From positions 10,334,283 to 10,398,282 of the forward strand of contig OZ316892.1 in the NCBI GenBank assembly GCA_973895155.1: a DNA stretch of 64,000 nt, in the 5' to 3' direction. The translations under genes and the position numbers were made by a program. Below the pieces are notes generated by a model that did not search any database, had not been told where the DNA came from, and was given only the letters and a program-made list of their open reading frames with translations. Source of the stretch: Marsupella aquatica. Its lineage: Eukaryota; Plantae; Marchantiophyta. Below are positions 12,401 through 22,864 of this stretch, piece by piece (position 1 is the first letter of the stretch; the number at the start of each line of letters is the position of its first letter).

Positions 12401-13326
12401 TCCGATTAGGCTTAACGATAGATTAGCTGTCATTAGGCATTGATTAGCGGTGCAGTAGGAAGGATTAGGATAGGATCAGTTAGGATCACCCGGCGTAGGA
12501 TAGAGCCCATCGACGGACTAGAACTTTGGTTAGTAGGCTTGGCTACTGACGCCGGTCAACACCCCTTGCCACTGACGGTCAACCGGTCAGGGGAAGTGCG
12601 GCCGGCTAGTCAGAAGTTTGTTAGTCAATAGGCATTACCCCGGAAGGTAGTACCTTCCGGTTCCTTTCCGCAAACATAGTATTTAGGCTTCCCCTTCCGC
12701 TGTGGGAAGGGGGAGAATAGTTCATCTTAGCGCAAGAAAAGGCGAGGCACAGGGAGTCCCGGCCTGAGCAGGGTCAGAGTGCACTAAGGAGTGAGAGCCG
12801 GAGTCAAGCTTGCTGGGCAAGCGTGGGGCGAGGCCTTGTAGAGATTGGGCATTGACTACCGTTAGGCCTGCTGACCCCTTAGAAGTCGAGTCAACTATGT
12901 AAACCGATTCTTTGCTGAGTAAATGTAGTCTTTTCCCTTTGATTCTACCGCGAGTAACTGGTGTTGTGTGTATGCTTTGTCTAGGCAAAGGCGCCATTTG
13001 AAGGGACGTACCGGGTGCGGACTAATGGTAGGGATTGCCACAAATTGCATGTTGCAAGGTTCTAAGTTGCGTCGATGGCTTGAAAGCCCCAAGCCGGGAG
13101 TTAGTTCGAGTCACTAATTGTGGGAATATTCCAGCGATGGAAAACAAATATACCTATGACCAGTACGAGTTGCGTAAGTATTATACCGGTAAGTATATCA
13201 ACTTAGCCCGACTTAGGGCTAATTAGGACCACTACACACCTCCTTGCCCAAACCCTCACCCCTACTGGTGGTTGTGGTTGCCCCAGGGAACTAACTCGGT
13301 TTAAGGCCCGGATTATGGGCGCGACA
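9484..13326 (+). mobile_element. ~3.84-kb TG...CA element (family B, copy 2)
   Basis: Starts TGTGAT and ends GCGACA. Perfect TSD AGTGG (9479-9483 and 13327-13331). The empty site GAGTGGTGTC is visible in family A copy 1 at ~1247-1256. Confidence 0.9.
10037..12338 (+). pseudogene. Decayed ORF inside family B copy 2
   Basis: Fragments at 9941/10481 and 10827/11241/11793/12057 are homologous to copy 1. Internal stops differ between the copies, while the terminal stop (ACGTAA) is shared. Confidence 0.7.
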
Positions 13327-13717
13327 AGTGGTGTCCCCCTGGGGGCTAAGGGTGAGCCAAAGTCGTGAGTCGCAGCGGTCGCGACACTAAGGGGAAACGC
13401 CAAACGGAAATGACGATAATTTTCCAACGGGAAGTCCGTTGGATGACTTCTTGGATGCGTTGGAAAGCTCTCAAGGAGGACTACACCCTCCTGAGATCAG
13501 CTAGGTCTGGGGGCGCCATTGGGTCTTGGGGTTTGCAAGTGTTATCTCGCCCACTTGCCAAATCCTACCGAAACAGCAGCCAAGCCACATTCAATCTCTC
13601 AAGGGAGCTGGCGTTGGGGAGGCAAGACCAAGTAAGCGTGGAGGTTGAGTTTGAAGGGCACTTGTTCCCGAGACCATCAGTTGGACGAGAACTGGGAGTT
13701 GGTTGTTAGAGTCGGGA

Positions 13718-13738
13718 CCCTAAACCCTAAACCCTAAA
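13718..13738. repeat. Interstitial plant telomeric repeat (CCCTAAA)3
   Basis: Three exact CCCTAAA units; absent from the homologous position (~1637-1675) of family A copy 1. Confidence 0.85.
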
Positions 13739-15354
13739 GCTACGCTATTTGGGCCATGAGCATGTCCTAGGGGCAGTGCGGTCAATTGGTAATGGATAGG
13801 TATGAGGGGGAACCTGGGCTGCGTCCAAGGAAGGAGCTTTTTTGGACGAACAATGGACATCGGTTCTGGTTCCGGCTTTGGGAGGACCTATCGCTGACCT
13901 ACTTATCAATGTCTGTTGAGCTTGAGTTAGGATACTAGACTTGGGAGATCTACTATAGATCCTGACGGGTTATTTACCGAAACGCTTGGTTGCTTGTATA
14001 GACAATGAGGACCGTTGAGTGGCGATCGTGTGGGAGAGCAAGTGCGGCTTCGTATAGGAGGGGCCGCTGGTGGTGCTAGGGGCACTAGGTTGTTTACTCG
14101 AGGTATTCCGTGGAGGTGTTCGGGCATCAAGGGCATTTAGGCGTGGGTGTTGGGATTGGTGAAGGCGCTGGGTGGCTAGGTGCACCACTGCCAACACGAC
14201 ATCTTTTGTTATCATCGGCATCTTGGCCGACACGATATCTTTTGTTCTCAACGACATCTTGGGCGACATGACATCTTTTTTCTCGACGACTTCTTGGCCG
14301 ACACAACATCTTTCTTCTCAACAACCTCTTGGCCAACACGACCTCTTTTGTTCTCAATGACATCTTGGCTGTCATGACATCTTTTGGACATAGCACGAGT
14401 ATTGAGCTAGTACATTAGAGTATTGAGCTAGTACATTAGAAGACACATTTCTGATGTGCAATTACAGGGATGCGACCAAATCCATTCTCGGCAATCCCAT
14501 TCGGATGCAGCTTTCGAGAGAATTGTACGAATCGATCTGCATGCGCTCCACGAGATATGAAAGCGTGTAACCAACTCATTTCTACATATCCCCTTGTGCT
14601 GCTACGGTAGTTTCGTGGTATCGTGCGGATGGACTATTCTGTCAGCTCGACCTCTTTGCTTGATAATGGACTCTGCACTGGGAACTGTGTAAGGATTGGC
14701 AATGACGACCTTAGACAATAGTGGGACCCTTTCGACGCTTCTGAGAAGTTCATTGAGATCGCGGTTTAAGGTTAACGATGGTTGAAACATGGGTGGTTGG
14801 ATTTCAAGTCGTGAAGGCAGGATTCTACAAAACAACCGCAGCCACGATCCAACAGTAAACATTACACGGCTTGGGATTGCGTTGAAGTGGTGAGGCCGAT
14901 AGTTCGACGAAACCATAAGTTCGGCACGAACTCTGACCTAGCCTGCCCAGTAAGGAGTTCTCTAAAAGCTTTCGGTAGCCACGGTTACGGGGATAGTTGA
15001 GTTGGTGTATAATATTGCAACAGTTTGTTGAGCGCATATGAATGTGATCGATTACGGGGCCGGCAACGGTGCTCAGGATTTCGACTTGCTAACCCCGACC
15101 AGCTTTACTGCGACAGGCTCATGGTGCGCAAGGGGACCTCGACCAAACCCGGACGCTTGCCTCGCTGACGGGAAATGCATCCCAGCTCCACTGCGATTCA
15201 AAGAGTTTATGGACGAGTCGGTTTGGCGGGGAGCAGCATATTAATTCTTGCATCCAGTGTTCGAAGAACATTGCTGTCACTGGCAATTCTTAGAAGTCGA
15301 TCGGTGTGACTCTGAGGCAGTAGAGAGAACCGTCCCCAATTCAAAGACAACAAC

Positions 15355-16335
15355 ATGTCAATTCCTACGCCTTCGCTGTTCTCTCTTTGGACCGTTCCTG
15401 TCTCTCAACTAGAACTAGTTGAGACACTTTGTGCGAGTTTCCTCTTGAATTTCTTAGCTAATAACATCTCCAATCAATATTCAGTCAAAAGGCTATTTTC
15501 CGTTAGGAACGTCCTCGGTTATGTAATACCATTGATATTTCAGATAGCTATAGTAGTCGGAGGAATCGCCATAGTAATAGGCAAAAATAGAGTCATTCCT
15601 AAGGTGTTAGGTCAGTACTTGCATCTCTTCGTGTATTGTTGTACAGAACTGGATTATGAGCAACTCAAGACGGCAATGAACATCTGGCGCATAGAGAGAC
15701 AGGAAGTAAACGCAGACGACAAACATGCTCTAAATGACATTACGGATAGAGCTTGGAGGATGAGGGAGCTCCAGTGCAGAAATCTGTTAGTCCGCATATT
15801 TAAAAGTGAGGGCAACGATATTCCACGACGTAGCGTTTCTCGTTTTGTGATCGACTTAATTGAAAGTCCTGCACTTGCTCTTCTGGCGACAGCTCCAGGA
15901 ACATTTGCAATAAATATGCTTTCTAGCGACATGTCGAATTCACTCCAACATAAACCTTCTTGGGTGTTGGTTTTAGCTTATTTGGCACCACTTTTAGTAC
16001 AGATAACAATGACAGTGGCGTTTCGTGTTGTCGGTAAGCGTAATATGAACCGAAAGATGTTCGAGTACTTGCAGGGATTGGTAAAAGGTTGGGAAGATGA
16101 GGATTATGGAAATGTCAAGAGTGTCATGGAATGCTGGCGCGAGCATCGAGGAGCTGGGCTCGCTGGTGATGAAGCCCAAGATATGATCCTGGTTTATATG
16201 GAACGGGGTGGGGATCGGAGTCCTCTGGGCCGCGGTCTGTCAAGTTTACCTCCGAGATCTGACGATGGATCAATGGAGGCACTTAGTACGAGAGGTACAA
16301 CCGTAGGTGTGCTCTCAACCTCATTAAGCAACTAA
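15355..16335 (+). CDS. Intronless hypothetical multi-pass membrane protein (326 aa)
   Basis: Uninterrupted 981-bp ORF with an AACAACATG start context. Hydrophobic segments: VLGYVIPLIFQIAIVVGGIAIVIG, PALALLATAPGTFAINML and WVLVLAYLAPLLVQITMTVAF. No family recognised. Confidence 0.6.
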   Translation: MSIPTPSLFSLWTVPVSQLELVETLCASFLLNFLANNISNQYSVKRLFSVRNVLGYVIPLIFQIAIVVGGIAIVIGKNRVIPKVLGQYLHLFVYCCTELDYEQLKTAMNIWRIERQEVNADDKHALNDITDRAWRMRELQCRNLLVRIFKSEGNDIPRRSVSRFVIDLIESPALALLATAPGTFAINMLSSDMSNSLQHKPSWVLVLAYLAPLLVQITMTVAFRVVGKRNMNRKMFEYLQGLVKGWEDEDYGNVKSVMECWREHRGAGLAGDEAQDMILVYMERGGDRSPLGRGLSSLPPRSDDGSMEALSTRGTTVGVLSTSLSN

Positions 16336-16658
16336 CCTCACTAAGGGCCTACAGTATTTGCTGCGCTATTATTGTTTCTTTTTAAGTTCTCCACGCCGTT
16401 GAGACTTACATTATTCCATGTTCTTGATCCTATCCATTAGATCTATTTGAATTCAGAGATTTGGAGCCGGCTGATAATGATCTTTCATCCGATTTCAGTC
16501 GATTTCACGTTCCTAGCTCTTCTCGATCCTTTTAGAGGCGATCACTTTGTGCTTCGTATTTGAGGCAACAGATTGCTATACACAGTTCGTATGGTTTAGT
16601 TTTCAATGTAGTCTAGCATAGGAGTAGTCGGTCAATAGTCCATCGTCTTACAACGCAG

Positions 16659-17156
16659 GCCCACATTTGCTCACTGTACATGAACGAAGGACAAGATAAT
16701 GTCTAGTAACGATATGGACTCCATTGGTGCAGACGACTCTTGTGAAATGGATATCATGAGCTCAGTGCCATCGCCTCGGGAGAGAAGGGTTGCTAACGAG
16801 CAGCAGGAAGCGGAGACCGGGACTTTGTCGTCCGCACAAGGTGCTATACAAGATCGTCAAAGTTTCTAATGACCTGACCTGCAATTGTGTAGTCTTTAGG
16901 TCTCAGTCCAAATTTCTCATGAGAGTTGCCCAAGTTTGCTGCTGTACATGAACGAAAGGACAATTGTCACGAGGGATAGCGGTATTGACTGCTTCGGTGC
17001 AGGTGATTTGATTGCAGAAGAAATGAAGAGTTCAACAATGCCACCATCGCCGCGGGTGAACGTCACGGACGAAAAGGAGCCTCTGAAAGTCTTGGAGAAC
17101 GGCACCGTGGATCGCCTGGAGCCTGACGAAAAACCTGGACTTAGACAGCGTAGAAG
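16659..17156 (+). other. Two diverged tandem exon-like units of an unknown gene or pseudogene
   Basis: CTGTACATGAACGAA(A)GGACAA occurs twice (~16675, ~16942). Translations MDSIGADDSCEMDIMSSVPSPR and IDCFGAGDLIAEEMKSSTMPPSPR align. Plausible AG/GT borders at 16658, 16841, 16900 and 17156. Confidence 0.4.
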
Positions 17157-17836
17157 TAAGAGAACCCTTCCTTCAAATTTTATTTTGCTTTGTGCCGTTG
17201 AGAGTGACTTGCTTAACGTCCTGGATGCGTTCATATGTTCACTTTCTCTCCTGGACAAAAAATTGAAGTGAGATCCCTTTAAACAAAGTTTAAGGCGGTT
17301 CTTCATTCTCTGAGATTCCACTCCTGAAGGGAAGAACAGATAGTCCTTGATATCAAGGTCGAGGGGGCGCACAGGTTATTATGAAGTTGGACGTTGCAGG
17401 AATAGTACCATGCAATCGACAAGTTCTAACACAGTCGTGCAACTTTCTGAAGTAGTACGTGTTAATTAAATGGGCAGAATCCTATGCTTCCAGCTCGATT
17501 CTGGTGAGCCTTAAATTTAGTTATTTTCCAGCCAGCGGTTCTAGTTGAACGCAACTCTCCTATGGTACTATGAACCTATTCAGCTTCGCGACGAAGGAAT
17601 GTTCCCCATTGTCGTTTAGGTAGTCTGGGTGGTTTTTAGCATTTTGGGGCTTTAGGCTGATGACACTTTGATTATTACACTTTGATTATTTTCCATTAAA
17701 CTATGCCATATTTTTATATGGTTAATATACGGTCTCCATTACAGTGACAGAATGCAGTAAGGTGCCTTCCCAAAGTTGATTAGTCAGTGTTGAACCACTC
17801 AGACTACCTTAACGTGAAGCTACTGGCGCCTGCTCA

Positions 17837-17929
17837 TCTCTTTATGCATGTATTTGGTCTCCCGCATATGGTCTCCCCGCGTACGCGGGTTGACCATATA
17901 CGGTTGACCAAAATACATGCATAAAGAGA
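17837..17929. other. ~93-bp near-perfect hairpin (MIRNA-like or MITE remnant)
   Basis: TCTCTTTATGCATGTATTTGGTC pairs with GACCAAAATACATGCATAAAGAGA. Inner CATATGGTC/GACCATAT and CCCGCG/CGCGGG also pair. Confidence 0.6.
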
Positions 17930-18399
17930 CACCCGGCAACCTTAATTATATACATAGTCACGGAGTATTGGTTCAGCCTCTAGAAGATTATTTGGCCACC
18001 CACATCTTCTAGCCCTTTCATGGTATTTTGTTATGAAATGAATTTCAGTTATAGCAGGATGGCAGTGATTTAAGACATTCTTTTGTCTGCAGGGATCACG
18101 CTCAGCGATGGCGGTCCCTCCTGGCCTCAGGGTCCTCAGGGTATGGGGCAGGTTAGCTACCGTACCATCAGGACACGATCAATGACCCCACGCGATTGTA
18201 GTGTAATTACAACGTGCTAAGTTTTGATCAGTCTGCATTATGATAGGGTCTTGCCATGGTGATCTAAAAGCAACCTGTTCTTTCTTTACTATGTGAATTT
18301 CTTTGATGGGTATGGGATCAATTTCGTTGGAAATGTTCTACTGATTTGTTCAAACTTCGTGAGAGTTTTGCATCATAACTTGTCCATCATAACTAAGAC

Positions 18400-19579
18400 G
18401 GTGCTTTCATGTGGTTTTTGGATGCGAAGATTAATGGCTCCGTTTGGAAATGGTACCCTCCCTACGAAGATCCTGAGGTGGACATCACATTTCTTCCTGG
18501 ACTTAAGCTCCGTGACTTACAAGAAGCGTTTTGGAGTACTTGGATGCCTTCCCCAGCCCCTCCCGGACCTTGCCGCTCCCTGCCCTTTGACTCGGATGCC
18601 TTGCTGTCAAACCAGCCCTGAGGTAACGTTCTATTTTGGTTCGTAGCTTCAATGAAATTCTTGGGGCAATGTGTGCATTTGCTTCAAAGGCAGTGGAATC
18701 GTGTAGGCCATGGCAAACCAAATTTGTCTGTCAAAATGATCTTTGCGGATCCATTTGATCAGAAGGGCCCCTGGACGATCCTCATACTTCGTAGAAGTAA
18801 ATGAGCATCTGCAACCACGACGGACGGACATTCTTGATTGCATGCACAGAAAACCCCACTTGTTATACTAAATACTATAACTCTGGATAAGCACATCTGT
18901 TGACAGAAATCACAAAACAGCCAATTTCCAATTCCAAAAATTGATTGAAGTCACCTGTTAGTGTTTTTTTCTTCAGAAAAACACCCGCCTCCTTGGATTT
19001 CAGTTTCTCAGGGACCTTGGTTGATTTCCAGCCTCGGTAATCCTCTGGACCAAAGCAGCAGCAATACAAGGTTGTGGTCTTCACCAAAGGGCCCGTTTTG
19101 TACAATCGGTTCTGTACCATGTGTCGGGTCGTGAATTCAGTATGGAAATTGTCTCTCATGTTCTCACCCCATATAAAATCTGTAAGCCTACCCTCAAGAA
19201 TCCAAGCATAATCATTTGTTGATCCAAACCACTCGATAGCAGTGTATTCAAATTCGCCAGGAGGAGGGATTTGAATTCTATTGCATTTGGAGACTGTACA
19301 ATGGCTTCTGCGTATGGGTGGGCTTTTTTGTGGAAGGGAATCCGGCGCAAAATCTCCTTCCTCCTTGAAATTGAGGTCACGCACATGCTGTGAGATGCCA
19401 TCGAGCGCATCTGCTACAGGCACCGATGTGGTCACCTGCAATTCATCAACGCCTTTCTTTGCACTGTGTACTTCCAGAAATTCCTTCCTATTGTTGAATG
19501 CTGACATCCTTTGTTGCAAAAAAGCACCTGACATCGGAAGAGGGCCCCCAGGGTGGGGTGAACTGGGAGCATCGCACAC
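18400..19579 (-). pseudogene. Decayed MULE/SWIM-type transposase-related gene, N-terminal zinc-finger region (AT1G60560-like)
   Basis: Motifs IQIPPPGEF..IEW, FIWGE, LYCCCFGPEDY, RRGCRCSF...H.DR..LVCHG..D.....AHIAPRIS mirror the plant SWIM-zinc-finger family as recalled. Probable intron at ~18850-18955. Frameshifted and 3'-truncated. Confidence 0.7.
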
Positions 19580-19795
19580 GGCTTGCTAGTAATCAAGTTC
19601 AGACATGACACCTGCCAAATCCAAATCCGAGTATCGATGCACATTCGCACGAGGTTACTGCACGTCACACAATCATACACGAACTCAATGTAAATTGCAA
19701 TGAGAAAACAAATTCCATTCCTCAGTCTGTTGTGCCAGAGAAATGTGCGAGGGCCTTACAATTTGTCGATGCAATGATTTAGGGTCCGCTGCAGA

Positions 19796-21609
19796 CTACA
19801 CATGCGCCCTCGCAATCCCGCTATGGTATTCTTGTTTGAAACAGTACTCCAAAATTTGAAAGTGTACACCCTCTTTTCCATGTACATACGTTGATGGGGT
19901 GGATTCGTGATCCTTTGCAAAATGTGTGAAGCGGCCCACGAGGCGATGCCTTGGCCGGTTCACTGCTGAATTGGCCCAAGACGGGGGGCAGGGACTTGGT
20001 GGTAGATCAAACAATGCGAATGAGAAGAGTGTGGTCCTCTTCACTTTTCCAATCAATATTGAAACGCACATCATTTCCGTTACAAAAAACATCGGACATA
20101 TCAATCAAATTTTTTGTTAGGGGATCCGATGTATTTTGTAACGGATATGATCCGTTTTTTACCGCATCGGAAAGGTTCCGTTGTTAATTACATCAGAAAT
20201 GAAGATATCCAAAGCCGAGAGTATGGCATATTGCCATTTTGTGATAATGGGAATTTCTGATTCTAAAAGAATCGGACGCCGATTGTTTGCAAAAATTGAG
20301 CATCGAAAATCAGCTAAATATGTACTAGTGTTGTTTGTCTGTATTTTTGGTTTGTACCAATCCCAGGGCGGGGAGGTTTTCCACACTCGTCAAATTGCCT
20401 TTTGGCATGAACAACAGTATCCCACAAACAAGATTTGAACTACATTGTAGTATTAACAACATTTGATAGACTTGAATGCTCAGCCAAAATAGTTCTGGGT
20501 GTGAGGTTGGAGAGGATCCTGGCTTTCCGATATGTTAGTTTGCTGGCCGCCAGATCAATAAGCTTTGCATCCTTCTGTGCCCACCCTTGATCCATTGTGC
20601 CGCCCTTGCAGAATGTTGGCCACTAATCGCCAAGAACTGGATCTCTTGCTTTTTTACACATTGAAGAAAATACTTTCGATCTTGTGGTGTGTTATCAAAA
20701 TGGAGCAACTTCTTTGTTTGCTCACGATATGGAATCAAATCAGCCACTTGTGGTTCCTGCCCCAGATTCTTCATCACTGACTTTGCTATCTCCAATGCGT
20801 GTGATTGGTTAAACATTCGATAGACAAATACAGCCGATGGAGGCAAGATACAACTCACAGGGATATCAAAAACCTCACGAATCCTAAATGTGTAATACTG
20901 CTCAATGTTTCGTAGGACCTCTTGCCCCTTAAGCACATCTCCTTCTTCCGGTCCTTCTGTGGGACACTCATCATCATCTAGACCCAAGACAAGATTTTTT
21001 TTGAACCTCGCCCGGGTTTTGGTTTGAAAATCTTTGGCTTTTTCTTTGGCTTCTCTTCTCCATCCTTGCAAGCGGTTTTCTTGGGGTGTGAAGTATCCCC
21101 AATGTCTTTTGGCTCTGCATATTTTCTCTTCTTCTCTGGTCTCACTAGCTAGTAGACGGTGTGCCACTCTGGCTAGTGCTGCTAGAAGAAGCAACAACTA
21201 TGGCAATGGGTTGGACAGACGCACTAGTGCCATAGGTGATGGACACATAATTAGGCGACCAATGCTGCCTCCATGCCTCAATCTCAACCAAATGAGTCTT
21301 CCCAAACTCATGGTAGTCATCCATATGTGGCCCCTCCAAATGCTAAAATAATCTCTTCCATGCCATGAAAGGGGTAAACAATGTGGCGTTACGCAATGTC
21401 TGCATATCGCACCATGTATCAAACTCCTAGATTAAATCATCAAGATCAATCGTGCCAACTGCACCAAAGTATTGTCGTGGGCCCTTCGTAGCCTCATACA
21501 TCTCGTCCATATTCCACAACAAAGGTGCAACCACCTCATGACGAGGAGAATTGGTCACTGAGTCCTTGTCGAAATCACTGTCCGAAGCTACGCTGCTGAC
21601 TGCTACCAA
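19796..21609 (-). pseudogene. Decayed ParB/Srx-like domain protein, possibly with a degenerate N4/N6-methyltransferase-like C-terminus
   Basis: VFDIPVSCILPP...VYRMFNQSHALEIAKSV and FLAISGQHSARAA (G-x-H motif of ParB-like folds). After a frameshift it continues as YRKARILSNL...SN...RQFDECGKPP. Downstream FSFALFDLPP...PSW is only weakly DPPY-like. Confidence 0.5.
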
Positions 21610-22864
21610 GGCCGCTAGCTGAAATTATGCCCCACTCTAAGTGAAACCGGTCCGTTGTCCATCGGGTAGCCAACAGCACCAGAAGAATCCGTGGTGACCA
21701 ACCTTACCTAATCTATGTGCTAACCCTAAGGGCAATCTGTCCCTATCAGCAACACAAGCACTCACCATGGTGTGTTGGGCATCACTCCAACATCACTAGG
21801 AGAGAAATACGTAGCACAACTAGAATGTCCGGTTGCAAACTCGGATCACTCCTATAGAATCAAGCGCACACGCCAAACTAACATGGCGCATAAATAGGAA
21901 GCATGTGTGGAGATGATCCAGCAACCTTGGGGGCCTCAATCCAAGGGGTGTCCCATATCACGCTCGAAGTTTTGGGGGAATAAACACCCTAAAAGTTAAG
22001 TCAATAAAGTTTTTTTTAGGAATTATTTTACCCCTAACTTAATGGAATATTCCAAGAATATTCCCATATTTGATTTAAAAAAACCCTATGATTATTATAA
22101 TTCTCAAAATTGGATTAAAATAACCCTAATGTTCTTCAACAAAAATTTAAAAGTATTTCACTAAACCCAATAAAAAACCCTATACTTATTTGCTCGTGAT
22201 GGGTCGAAAGAAAAGAAGTGAGGACCCCGGGCCAGCAACAAGAATGGATACAATTCAACTCTCCACACAAAAGCAAATGCAAACCAATATAACAATGTTC
22301 ATAAGGTTCAACATATAGCCTTCATAATAGGCTTCATAATGTTCAATGTCGTAGCTAAGAATCCATGCAAAATTGGTTCAATCCATGCATTCGGATGAAC
22401 TCAGAAGCATCAAAAACCTCACAAGAGCTTATGATTTGGCCCAAAATGATACTCTAAACAAACTAGAATGTGTATAAAATTCCTAAGTGTTAATTTCTTA
22501 ACATCAAAGTAGAAAGGAATGTGTGTACACACAAGCACTTAAAAACCATGTAGTTAAGCGTGTGGGGGAGGAATAGTTTTGGGATGGATGACCTCTCACT
22601 TGTAGTTATGCACCAAATTGGCTGCTCTAATTTCAACAGCTTGCAACTACTCCTCATGTACTAGCAAGATGGCTTGTTGGCCCGCCCACTCCTGCTCCGT
22701 CCTCACGCCCCTCGTCCCAGGTTACCACGAGTTGCCTCGAAGCCTCGAAACGCCAAGATGAGCTAAGAGTGAGCCCGCAACGCTTTGCTACGCTGGATCG
22801 AGTTTTGGATTCGGCAACATTCAAACTTCACCTCTTGGTTTCCCTTCACAAAACACATCGAACA

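Larger units (their letters stand above)
8890..14189 (+). mobile_element. Family A solo LTR (copy 2), interrupted by family B copy 2
   Basis: AGTCGCGG...CACCACT termini with a 5-bp TSD GCCGA/GCCAA (one mismatch). Homologous to 641-2130 once 9484-13331 is removed. Confidence 0.72.

Noticed and set aside
4093-13326. The two 3.85-kb copies as the paired LTRs of one element, or as a segmental duplication
   Set aside because: Each copy has its own perfect and different TSD, and the intervening 1.5 kb has no PBS, gag-pol or PPT.
14580-15354. Possible 5' extension or separate gene upstream of the 326-aa ORF
   Set aside because: Multiple stops in frame and no recognisable motif or convincing splice pattern.
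18409-18621. Plus-strand 70-aa ORF (MWFLDAKING...)
   Set aside because: It lies antisense to the SWIM/MULE-like remnant and has no independent support.
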